This document shows positions 25,901 through 35,703 of a stretch of DNA of 64,000 bases, one piece after another; within the stretch, counting starts at the first letter, position 1, and the number at the start of each line of letters is the position of its first letter. This stretch comes from Thalia democratica. Taxonomy: Eukaryota. A model generated the notes under the pieces. The model saw only the letters and a list, made by a program, of their open reading frames with translations, was not told the origin of the DNA and did not search any database. The translations under genes were made by a program, and so were the position numbers. The stretch is taken from positions 33,480,001 to 33,544,000 of the forward strand of contig OZ241829.1 of NCBI GenBank assembly GCA_965202585.1. Reading direction: 5' to 3'.

Positions 25901-28336
25901 TTCATTAGAAAAATTACCGTATATGCCCAATTTGTTGCTTCCAAAAGATGCAAATTTCCAATCATTATTTTCTTTGCTAGTTTCTTCATGTTTTTCGATA
26001 GATTCTGTAGAAAAAAATTGATAGAAATATAATATAAACTAATTTAAGATGTTCGTTGATTTCCAACAACTTTAATTTAGTGTTAAAAATATTTTACACT
26101 CTTAATTTTAATGTATTTTGTTAAGTAAACGCGATTATACATGCCAATAGTTTTTGTTACATAGTTTTCAAAGATTGCAGACCAACTTAAACTATAAACA
26201 TTAGTTATCAAAACTAAAAAATAGAATCTTGTTCTCCTTAAAATATGATATTTCCTGATTTTTAAAAGTAATAATAATAACAATAATACTAGTAATAATA
26301 TATCAATAACAATTATTATTATAAAAAGTCTTCCGTCTGAGTTGTTTTGAAAATTCAATTAGTATTTTCAAAAAATTTAAAATCTTGCAAAAGTGCAAGA
26401 TTTTAATATTCAAAGAATTATGCTTTACACCTCAAAAAACTCTCTTTTTATTTTATTTTTTTTATAACTTAATTATCTTCAAGTTTTACTTATTTTTTTT
26501 ACTCTTTTTTTTAGTTTATTTAAATATAATATTTAATTTAATACATTTTTAAACTTTTATATTAAATCATTGATTTGAACTAAGTTACTTTTTAAAATAA
26601 TTGTTTTCTTATATAATTTCTTATAACAGTAACCTCTCGCTTATTTACGCACATCATTGTGTCCATTGCACATTGTATGAGAGATCGTAAAGATACAAGA
26701 GGTACCAAATATACTTACTATAATGGCTGTTTTATGATATTGCTTCTAGTTAAAAGCAGACTGGGGACTTATCCATTTTTAACAATTTGTCTACTTTATT
26801 TATAAATATGAAAAAAGATAAAATTATACATATATTAAAAAAAGGATTTAAATTTATATAAAATAATGATACTTGTAGAAAAATTTTATTTACTTTAATA
26901 ATATAAGTAGATTTTATCTTTGTTTATATGTGACTTATTTGATACTTAACATTTATATTATATTCTACTTAGCAAATTCAATTTATAATTTAGCATTTGT
27001 TTACAATTAAGAAATGATGTTGTGTCTATATTAAAATTTGTTTCTATAGTCTTTTACAAAAATATGCGTTTGGTGCTGTAATGGATTTCTTTATTTTGAA
27101 CAAAAATATATAAAATATAAGAAAAATATTTAATAAAAATTGTTTATGTTAAAAACTTTTTTTATTTAGACCTTTGCCCACATAAGGATAAACTTGTCTT
27201 GCATTGTATTAAAGATATATTAACTAAATGTTTATCAATAAGTCAAGGAACATAAGTTTACAAAGTCTAAAGATATAGAGAGGTGAGTTAGCATTTAAAA
27301 GCATATTTTAAATAAAAAATATACAATAAACCTATTTTGTGCAATATTAACAAAATTAAAATTTTTATTTTTTGAATTTTTTAGAGTTCTAAAATGCTAA
27401 CTAAACGAGAGTGCGTAACGTCACGAATGCGTAGATATGCGAGAGGTTACTGTATATATATTTTAGCCTCAACTATTTTTGAACAACTCTTTTAAGACAT
27501 CAGCAATATAAAAAGCTGCTAAATTAAAGATATGTTTAGATTAATGATGTAGTGTTTTTTGCTTATTTAATGAGGGTTTTAACTATTAGGATAACAGCAA
27601 TAAATGATATACCAAACATGAAAGAGTAAGTTGTATAAAACAATTTATTAAACAAACTATAAATTTATATAATAGGGGATATAGTTTTATACACAACAAC
27701 GATAAAATTTTATATAATAAAGTTTGTTATTAAACATTTTTTAGTAACTACAATTACACTCTACTAAAACGATAGTTTTACACTTTTTATATGCATACAT
27801 ACATCATAATATATTGCTTAACTAAAAGAAATTAAACTATAATGATTTATTTTTTATATTATCTAAACCTTGACTTTCTTCTTGATTACTTTTCTGAACT
27901 TTCTTTTTTATTCCTATAAGCTTGTCTATTTCACTTCTCCATAGATTAAATTGTTTTTTTCTGTGTTAAATGCATACTGAAAACAAATATAACAGTATGG
28001 TATACAAAACAAGTTTTAATTTCAATTTATATACAACAGAAGTTGTGAAAAAATACATTAGTAGACTCCTTTAATTTAAACAAATACATTTTAATCTTTA
28101 ATTATTTATTAACTTATGTTATACTAATTCAATCATACAAACATTTGTATAGTGGTTTTATGTCAAAACTAATTTTTTCAAAGTAAATTGATAAAAAACC
28201 TTGTTAAATACCCTCTTGCAATCTTCTGTATTTTTAAAACATATTTTTCTTGAGCCTTTAATTTTTCTCTTTGTATTCTTGCTAAACGTGCTTTTTCAAT
28301 AACATTGTTTTCAGATGTATTACTGGTGTTGTACAT
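10652..28336 (-). CDS. UBE3B: HECT E3 ubiquitin ligase UBE3B orthologue, 22 coding exons, 3489 nt, 1162 aa
   Basis: Hand-assembled GT-AG model with consistent phases. N-terminal IQ motif [11 protein letters not shown]; HECT motifs [41 protein letters not shown]; C-terminus NTGFELS. The DTGDT..V.RGFFT segment resembles UBE3B rather than UBE3C (from recalled sequences). Confidence 0.93.
11132..11311 (-). CDS. UBE3B: UBE3B exon 21 ([15 protein letters not shown]...[13 protein letters not shown])
   Basis: ctcaag acceptor, AG|gttgtt donor; HECT C-lobe. Confidence 0.94.
11627..11809 (-). CDS. UBE3B: UBE3B exon 20 ([19 protein letters not shown]...)
   Basis: tataaag acceptor, gtttga donor. Confidence 0.94.
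11986..12174 (-). CDS. UBE3B: UBE3B exon 19 ([14 protein letters not shown]...VTNDNR)
   Basis: caccag acceptor, AG|gtagaa donor. Confidence 0.95.
12414..12791 (+). mobile_element. CAGGGTTGCCA MITE family A copy
   Basis: TIRs cagggttgcca...tggcagccctg; internal sequence shared with 14733, 18999, 22682 and 54933. Confidence 0.8.
13047..13225 (-). CDS. UBE3B: UBE3B exon 18 (MYPSPTS...[10 protein letters not shown])
   Basis: caaacag acceptor, AG|gttaag donor. Confidence 0.94.
13518..13649 (-). CDS. UBE3B: UBE3B exon 17 ([28 protein letters not shown])
   Basis: HECT N-lobe motif; gctag acceptor, gttagt donor. Confidence 0.95.
13790..13893 (-). CDS. UBE3B: UBE3B exon 16 ([16 protein letters not shown])
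   Basis: tcacag acceptor, AAG|gtgaaa donor. Confidence 0.93.
14065..14213 (-). CDS. UBE3B: UBE3B exon 15 (...[16 protein letters not shown]...)
   Basis: tataaag acceptor, G|gtttga donor. Confidence 0.92.
14513..14624 (-). CDS. UBE3B: UBE3B exon 14 (...[19 protein letters not shown])
   Basis: caacag acceptor, gttggt donor. Confidence 0.92.
14733..14993 (+). mobile_element. MITE family A copy (degenerate)
   Basis: caaggttgcca...ggacaaccctg; shared internal core. Confidence 0.7.
16773..16897 (-). CDS. UBE3B: UBE3B exon 13 ([14 protein letters not shown]...)
   Basis: tttaacag acceptor, gtatgt donor; LDD.EFYE.Q.PF motif. Confidence 0.92.
17183..17354 (-). CDS. UBE3B: UBE3B exon 12 ([24 protein letters not shown]...)
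   Basis: atgcag acceptor, gtttgt donor. Confidence 0.92.
17887..18078 (-). CDS. UBE3B: UBE3B exon 11 (TTKISSY...QLKMEMLTG)
   Basis: ttccag acceptor, G|gtttga donor; same frame as ORF 17816-18079. Confidence 0.9.
18507..18682 (-). CDS. UBE3B: UBE3B exon 10 ([17 protein letters not shown]...)
   Basis: tttcag acceptor, gtattt donor. Confidence 0.88.
18999..19328 (+). mobile_element. MITE family A copy
   Basis: cagggtggcaa...aaaccctg; shared core aaaagtacaagttt..ctatttt. Confidence 0.7.
19463..19575 (-). CDS. UBE3B: UBE3B exon 9 (IVLTKIL...[10 protein letters not shown])
   Basis: tgacag acceptor, gtttgt donor. Confidence 0.88.
19859..20056 (-). CDS. UBE3B: UBE3B exon 8 (EFGAFL...[10 protein letters not shown]...)
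   Basis: catacag acceptor, gtgagt donor, 66 codons open. Confidence 0.88.
20351..20846. repeat. Long inverted repeat (foldback or MITE) in UBE3B intron 7
   Basis: Arms of ~95 bp at 20351-20445 and 20752-20846, including a perfect 26-bp block aaattttaaaaattatcttggtctgg. Confidence 0.8.
22348..22453 (-). CDS. UBE3B: UBE3B exon 7 (QLSAVRW...[18 protein letters not shown])
   Basis: caacag acceptor, CAG|gttact donor. Confidence 0.88.
22682..23101 (+). mobile_element. MITE family A copy with 6-bp TSD
   Basis: cagggttaccac...gtggcaaccctg; flanks ttagca/ttagga; repeated ttccagg motifs. Confidence 0.85.
24440..24600 (-). CDS. UBE3B: UBE3B exon 6 ([16 protein letters not shown]...)
   Basis: cttttag acceptor, AG|gtgaaa donor. 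Confidence 0.88.
25001..25087 (-). CDS. UBE3B: UBE3B exon 5 (KEDKK...[11 protein letters not shown])
   Basis: taacag acceptor, CAG|gtgata donor, phases 0/0. Confidence 0.88.
25250..25351 (-). CDS. UBE3B: UBE3B exon 4 (TSYVSLC...CLLKE)
   Basis: ctgcag acceptor, GAG|gtacac donor, phases 0/0. Confidence 0.88.
25658..26004 (-). CDS. UBE3B: UBE3B exon 3 (Asn/Glu/Lys-rich linker ...[10 protein letters not shown])
   Basis: tttctacag acceptor, open frame overlapping ORF 25613-25930, donor gtcagt. Confidence 0.85.
26627..27452. mobile_element. Tc1/pogo(Tigger)-like MITE in UBE3B intron 2
   Basis: TIRs cagtaacctctcgc...gcgagaggttactg; TA on the right flank, AA on the left. Confidence 0.75.
27869..27960 (-). 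CDS. UBE3B: UBE3B exon 2 ([16 protein letters not shown]...)
   Basis: acacag acceptor, G|gtttag donor, phases 2/1 fit the neighbouring exons. Confidence 0.85.
28200..28336 (-). CDS. UBE3B: UBE3B exon 1 (MYNTSNT...[11 protein letters not shown])
   Basis: ATG at 28336-28334; IQ motif; donor AG|gttttt; acceptor-like tttttag 21 nt upstream of the ATG. Confidence 0.85.
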
Positions 28337-28469
28337 AGTAAAACAGTTAGTTTATAACTAAAAACTACAAATTTAAAAAACTAAAATTACTGAGATTGAT
28401 AAACTTGTAAATATAGCATTAAGGTGCATTCATTTTAAAGGTTTGAATGAAAGTGTTAACAATATAAAA

Positions 28470-28760
28470 TTAGAAATGAAAATATTAAATGTTGAAAATA
28501 TGTTTAAGTATGAGTTAGGAGTTTTTATGCACAAATTTAAAATAGATACTTTGCCAGTTAACTGTAATCCTTACTTAAAAAGAGTAAATTCTAATTTAAA
28601 GATATAAATTTTTCCCAAAATAAATATCAACTAAGAGGAAATAATTTGAAAATAAAATGAAACATGATTTTCAAAACAGTCAGTGGCAAGGCGCATTTTT
28701 TCACAGAGCAAAAGCTATGTGGAACAGACTACCTCAGGATATAGTATCTTGTGAGAGGGT
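28470..28760 (+). mobile_element. CR1/L2-type ORF2 C-terminal fragment
   Basis: KILNVENMFKYELGVFMHKF; similar to 4970-5230. Confidence 0.6.
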
Positions 28761-29234
28761 AGAACAATTTTGTTTAAAGCTAAAAGATTTGATTTAAATA
28801 CAATAAATACCAGTAAAATTCACTCATTTTCCACTATAAACAAAAGAAAAAATATTCATTTCCCTACGCCTCCCCCCTACAAACTATTAGTTTACTTATT
28901 TTGTTATTATGAATTTTGTTTTATGCGCGATGATTTTAGACAAACTTCTTTATTGTGTGTACTAAGTAATATATAAGTTTGAATTTTTTGAATTGAATTT
29001 TTAATTTAGTTCATTTGTATATCATATTGTGTTTAACTTTGTGTTTTCATTTAATTTATGTTTATATATATATATAATTTATCTTAAAGTTTTGAATATA
29101 AGTTTATTTTCTTTTTCTCTTTTTGTGTGTCCTGTTAAAGTGGCTCAGGTTTTGATGCATGAGTCCAACATTGCACAATAAACAATATATAATATAATAA
29201 ATAAAATTCACATTCATTCAATAAAATTTTCAGA

Positions 29235-29400
29235 GACAAATTATTATATCCCTAGAGTAAATAGTCTTTATGGTTCTAAAACCTTATCCTATCTTGAATG
29301 TAAAGTATGGGAGAAAATTCCAAGAAACTTAAAAGATCAGAGCTACCTTGAATCCATTCAATCTGGACTAAACATTTTTTTTACTTAGAAATCAATCAGA
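29235..29400 (+). mobile_element. CR1/L2-type ORF2 extreme C-terminal fragment
   Basis: NYYIPRVNSLYGSKTLSY...VWEKIPRNLK. Confidence 0.6.
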
Positions 29401-30715
29401 TACAAGTGAAACTTAATTTTCTATATATATTTTAACAACTAAGATAAATTTTTGGTATTGGTATATTTGCAATCTATTTTTGGGCAGAGATGTCTTGGTT
29501 TTGGTTTTTTAAATTTTGTATTTAGTGTTATTGTTTTGTCTCCATTGACAATGTGGCTAAAAATAGGTTTGTTTAGTTTTTATTTTACTTAACTTAATTC
29601 TTATATTAATTCATGAGTTAGATGAATAGATTTTTTTACAGAAGTACATTATTATATTTAGCTATCTTTAATAATTTGAAACTTATTCACTTGTTAGATT
29701 ATTAATATTATTATCTAAAAAACAGCTGATAAGTCCACTATACAATAATAAAAGTACAGTATTATTATGTATAGTATGTACAGTATTATTTGATAGCATA
29801 CTTTTTTTATTGTGATTTTTTTTTGACTAATTTTTTTTTCCTATGATACATTATTAAGTTTACCCTATTAGTTAAGTTTCACTTTTTAACTTGTTTTTAT
29901 ATAAAGTTTATTAGATATTACTAAGTTTTCTTCAAAATCTATCTGCACATTAAAAAGTATGATTTCTTTTTACGTAGATATTTACATTGCCATAAGTTTT
30001 TACAACAATTGTAGTTATGAGAATTAGCATTGATAATTGAGTTATAACATATATTAGTAGTACTAAATATTATTTTTTAATACATTTAACCACATATCAA
30101 GAAAATTTACAGATTTTATTAAAGTATAGTATTATTTACAGTTTTTGTTTTATACTCATGTTTATTCTCATTTATATATTTAAAGAAGAGATATATGTTT
30201 TCATTTTTCTTAGCATTTTTACCACTTCTCCCTTTTTATGTTATTATGAAACCTTAAATTGCATTTTTTGTGGTTGTTCTTGTGATAAGAGCAACAAGAA
30301 ATTTTTTACGTACCTGATGGTAAAAATTGAAATCTAAGGGAGGAGACGGTGTGGTGCCCATGGTAGACTATGTTTTCCATAGTCAATATTGGCAGAAATG
30401 GGTATAAAAAAGAGTTCACACTATTTTTTCCTTTAAAAAAAATGTTTTGTGTTGAGTCAATTTAAATAACAATACTTGAAAAAATTAAAATAACTATTAA
30501 TTAAAAATAATAAAACATTTATTTTTCAATGATCTTAAGTTTCTTTTTTATTGTTTTAACTAAAACTGCTCAAAAAATGTTATAAAATGTATGGTGTGAG
30601 GCTCGGTGATCAAAAGGTCTTTCTCTACACCAACCCATTGACCATAGTTGTGATGGTTCACTTACTTTTTTCTTTTGTTCTTAATTTCAAAAATGTTTGA
30701 GTTTTTAGTGTGTGA

Positions 30716-32100
30716 GAGATTGAAAAATTACTTTTGTTGAATGAAGTACTACATGAGAAACAGTATGGGTTTAGAGAAAATAGCACAACTGAATTAATTA
30801 TGAATCAGATTGTTGATGAGTTAATTGATGCTGGTGAGAAAAAAAATTAATAAATTGCCTTGTATTTTTGGATTTGGCTAAAGCATTTAACACATTTAAT
30901 CATAAAAGTTTAATATCAAAACTTAAAAGTTATAACATAAAAAGTTTAGTGTAAAATTTACTAAAAAACCATTAAAAAGATAGAAGCCAACAGCTGTCAT
31001 AAGTAATGTTGTGTCTGAGCATGAAATTATGAATGTTGGAATACCGCAAGGTTCTTGTTTGGGTCCTTTGTTGTTTCTTGTGTATATTAATGATATTTAT
31101 TCCTCTACTGAAATAAATATGAGATTGTTTGCTGATTATGCCTGCTTAAGCTACCAACATAGTGATCCTGAGTATTTAAATAAAGTTATTAATAAGGAGT
31201 TGGTTAAAGTTGATAAATGGTTGCGTGCTAACAAACTTTTCATTAATTATTCAAAAACAAATGTTTTGCTTTTCAATAAAACTTCAAAAAATTGTGAATT
31301 TAGTGTTAAGATTAATAATTTTATTATTGAGCAGAGAGATAGTATAAAATACTTGGGTGTGGTTTTGGATGATAACCTGAGTTGGAAGAAACATTTGGGT
31401 TCTCTGAAATCGAAATTGTCTAGGAGTTCTTATGTTCTGTCAAACTAGAGATATTATTTGGACTAAATTACACTTAATATGATATATTATAGTTTGTTTT
31501 ATCCGCACATCCAATATCGTATGTCTGCTTGGGTCAATGCTGCTTACTGTTACTTAAAACCAATTGTTTGTATGCAAAAAAAGAGTAATCAGGTATGTTT
31601 GTCATATTCCCGCCTTGACCACAACAAACTCTTTGTTTGAAAAAACTGGTGTGCAAAAATTAAATAATCTGTATAAATTGCAAATTTGTAAATTGATACC
31701 TAATACTATTACAGGGTTTGATGTGGAGCACATTAAATTTACTTTTGATAGCTCTGTTCACTCACACAACACGAGATTTTCAATAAAAAAAAAAATTTAT
31801 AACCAAAAGACCTAACACGAGACTTGGCCTAAACTGCTTTAGGTATTTGGATCTCAAGTTTTGGTCTAGTGTCCCTGAATATTTTAAAATCTTTAAAAAT
31901 AATTTGTTTTAAATTTAGATATAAAAACTTTTAGTTAAATAACTACAAGGAGTTGATCTAGAGTGCTTCTGCATGTATGTTTTGTTTGTGTTGAAATTTG
32001 ATTCATGTTATATGGGCATCAGATCGTGATATGTGGGTCTTTTATTTTATGAATGACCTGGTAATGAAAGAGTGATTGTTATAAATTATTGAAATAAATT
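30716..32100 (+). mobile_element. 5'-truncated CR1/L2-group LINE, degenerate reverse transcriptase
   Basis: QYGFRENSTT, FLDLAKAFNT, GIPQGSCLGPLLFLVYINDI, LFADY, IKYLGV motifs with frameshifts and stops (ORFs 31011-31448, 31564-31815). Confidence 0.92.
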
Positions 32101-32583
32101 TTGTTTGTTGTTAATTTATTTTATTTGTTATCATTATGTTTCTGTGTTAGATTTAAGATAGTTAATTTTATTGATCTAATTTTTTTTTTCAAGTTAGAGA
32201 TAAAAGTAAAAAGGTAGTAAAAATTCATTATTTTTATTAATTTTTAAGTTTTATGTCAAATTAATACTTTCAAATTTATAAAATACCTATTATTTTATTG
32301 ATTTTAGTGTTGATATGTTTTTTTGTTTAAATACAAACAGTATCTCTTTTTTCCTACTTACAGTATTTCTTTATTCTAGTTTGTTTTTATAGAACTTAAT
32401 ACTTATAACTAGATACTGGTTTATTTGAGTTTGCAACAGCTGATTGTGAGTTCACACTGGTGGCAGTGATCACATGATTGGATTGTTGATATGTTTTTTG
32501 TTGTAGTGTCGGCAAATACTTATTTAAGAATTTGAGCTTCATAATTTTCCTACACTTTAAGGTTTTTGGTGTTGAGATTTTAA

Positions 32584-33041
32584 CAGGGTTGTCACTCTTT
32601 GAGTCTAAAAATTTTCCCTGAGTGACCAGAAACTTCCCTGATTAACCTTAAACTTCCCTGAGTTTTTTATTAATCCTTAAAAGTTTTATTATTTATTAAA
32701 AAATTACAATGATAATTCCAAGAATATAGAAGAACTAGCAGCAAGGCTAAAAAAGTTCTAAATAAGCACTTAAAAATAAATAAAATTAACTTTTTTGAAC
32801 AAAATATTGAAACAGAATTAACTAAATCTCATTCTAGACCTAGTAAAAATATTCCCTGAGATTTTTTTTAAAATCTTAAAATTTCCCTGAAGTTTTTAGA
32901 AAAAACCAAAACTGCCCTGAGTTTCCCTGAGTTAAAAAAAAAGAATCAAAATTCCTTGAGTTTCCCTGAGATTTTCTATAACTTGAAAATTCCCTGAGTT
33001 TCCCTGAATTCCCTAAGTTCCCTGAGTGTGTGGCAACCCTG
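32584..33041 (+). mobile_element. CAGGGTTG(T/C)CAC MITE family B copy
   Basis: TIRs; 6-bp TSD ttttaa; many ttccctgag repeats; highly similar to 41087-41496. Confidence 0.88.
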
Positions 33042-33321
33042 TTTTAACCTTAAGAGTGTTTGCCAAATGACGTGTCACCAGGGGTTTTTTCAATAAAGGG
33101 TTTAGACTAGTTTTTATTTTGTTTTTTGATTTTGTTTATAGAAAGATTTAGCTTTATTTTTAATTAAAAGGTAATTTTTTCTTGATAAATTTAAAGATAG
33201 GGCAGGTGGAATAACACGTGATGAGCTCTAACTCACTTGCTTGACCTTCAGAAAACGTTTATTGTTGCTGAGGAAAGATAAAGTTCTGATGTTTTTTTAC
33301 AAAAAAAATATCTAGTATATA

Positions 33322-33450
33322 GTATTGTTTATCAAACAACAAAAATAAATCGCTCAAAATATTTGTCATAGGACCTGGTGCACAAAAAAAATCTTACGGT
33401 TATCAAGTCACACACCACTTGGATACCTTTTAACATCTTGTCTAGGACAT
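33322..33450 (-). repeat. SINE-like repeat copy
   Basis: Reverse complement of gtcctagacaag...taaccgtaag...ccaggtcc. Confidence 0.55.
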
Positions 33451-35590
33451 GTATAAGTTTCAAAACTACCCTTAATTACTCCTAAGACATATATTTTTTT
33501 GCTCTTCCTCATCAACTCCAGAATATCTAGTGTAAGTTTCAAAGTATAGCCTCATAGCCCTCCTGTGGCCCCTTAACTACTCAACTTATAAGGTTACTTT
33601 TATAATCATATTTACCATAATTATGAAAGTTCATATATTGTGTTTAAGAAACTAGTAGGCTTTTCTTTATTTATGGGTTTTCCCCACTTTAGAATTAATA
33701 AACATAAACATGCATAACTATCCTCCTGCCATCTGCAAGTTTTAGGCACTTCTGATTTGCTGAAATGTTCGCTTGTATTTAATTAAAGTTTTAATTATAC
33801 AATTTTTTTCAATTTATATGATAAATTTTTAAGTAATACTTTAAACTAAAAACTTTCGGTAAATGGATCAGGAATAGTGGCTTAAAAAATATTAGTTATA
33901 CTCTTGTATTTTTAGTTTAATTCAATTGCATAATGTTATGAACAAAACAAAGTTAATTTTTATAACTGAAGCGGACTCGTAACTCCAATTTATAACATTT
34001 CCAAATTCAATCGCCAAAACTTCTGCTAGCTGCGATAGTACTGCTCAAACTTTATTAAATAAAACTAGATATCTAACTCTATATAGTTAAACAAACTTTT
34101 GAGCTTTTCTGTTTAATCAAAAATACTACTTGTTATATATCTTGGTAAGGTGGGTTAAAACAACCTAGGTTAGAAGCACCGTTAGAATTGTTAGAAATCC
34201 CCGGCGGTAAGATTTAAATTAATTAAACTAATAGTTTAAATCCTACTGCCAGGGATTTTTTAATGATACTCACAGTGCATTTTAGCAAATCTGGTTAGGG
34301 GTTGGGGTTTAGATTTTAAATTTCGGATAAAATTGGCAAGGAATAGAGGCTTTAATTAAAATACTGTACTACTACTATTTCTCATTTTGGTAAAGGAAAT
34401 ATATGAATAAATTGTCAAAACAATAATACTGCACCCTCCCCCTCAGCTCAACTGCAAAACGGATTCTTTAAGTAATATCCTAAAAGTATACATAACTTTA
34501 AAATTTAATTTTTTATCTTATAAATTTATTTTTGGTTTAATTAATACTATTTAATAAGACTGGTTCAAGACTTACTTGAGCGTTGATTTTTTCATCCGGG
34601 TTCAATAAATGATGCAAAAAAAAAATACAAAAATAATGTGTACATTTATTTTGGTAAAATAATTTACAGAAATAACTTCTCTGATCTTTTAAGCTAGTAC
34701 TATATCACTTGACATTGTAGGAAAACTTCAATGTTTAAGAGCTAAATTAATCCCACAACAAGATAATTTAGAGATACTAGGCCGAATGGTGCGCTAAAAT
34801 GGTTGCGCTTCCATATAAAAGCGACCCTTTGATAATTATAATATTTTGGTTTTCTTGTCAGGCGTAGAAAGTTTTGAAACCAGTTGGGCAGTTAACAGCT
34901 ATAGTTGGTATCTTATTAGATAACTTTTAAAAGAATATCTTTTTACTCGAAGACTGTTTAAGGAAAATGTTTGGTTTTTAAGGTTTGTTAATTTGCACAA
35001 GAAATAAACAGACCAATTTCTATTTAGAATTTTGACAGTTAACATCGTGTACACAATTCCATCATCTATTTTCTTATAAAAACTAATCATGTTTAAGACT
35101 ATTTTTATACTCAAAATAAAATAACACACCCCTAGTGATTAATGCCAATTAACACCTAAAACAAGCTTTAAAATCTTCAATGCCTTTAAACTGATACAAA
35201 TGTAAAAAAAAAGTTATTATTTTAGCAAAAATTAAACCTTAGATACTAAATCGAAACTATAATTAAATCAAAGTTATTAACTAATTAATGCTTAAAAAAA
35301 TTGATACAGATTTGTTTACTGCTCTTTCATTAGCAGTGTCTTCAAACCAGAACTCAGACATTGTAAGAAATTTTTCTAGTTTTAAGACGATTCAAGCAGA
35401 GTGGTTTTTGCAGCTTGAAAACAAAAAATAATCAAAAAAACTGAAGCGTTTCAGAAGATGGAATTAGTAAGAAATAGAAAGGTGATACTGTAAGAGATAG
35501 TTCACAACCTTTATCAATTTGAAATTGTCCCCCTCACTTACTTTTTTCATACTTTTTTTTTATTAATCAAAAAGGAGGTTAGAAAAAGTA

Positions 35591-35703
35591 GTCTTGGAAA
35601 AGAAGTTCAATTGTATCCGAGTAGTGTACGGCTACGAGGTAACCGAAAGGTTTTTTCGTGCACCGGTCCTCGCATCAAATATTCCGCTTTTTTTTGTCGT
35701 TCC
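35591..35703 (+). repeat. SINE-like repeat copy
   Basis: gtatccgagtagtgtacg...taaccgaaagg...ccggtcc...gtcgttc. Confidence 0.5.

Noticed and set aside
32620-33030. Repeated ttccctgag units suggesting a CRISPR-like array
   Set aside because: Irregular subterminal repeats of a MITE in a eukaryotic genome.
34770-34840. TATA-like catataaaag with a nearby aaaatgg
   Set aside because: No downstream + strand gene found; insufficient support.
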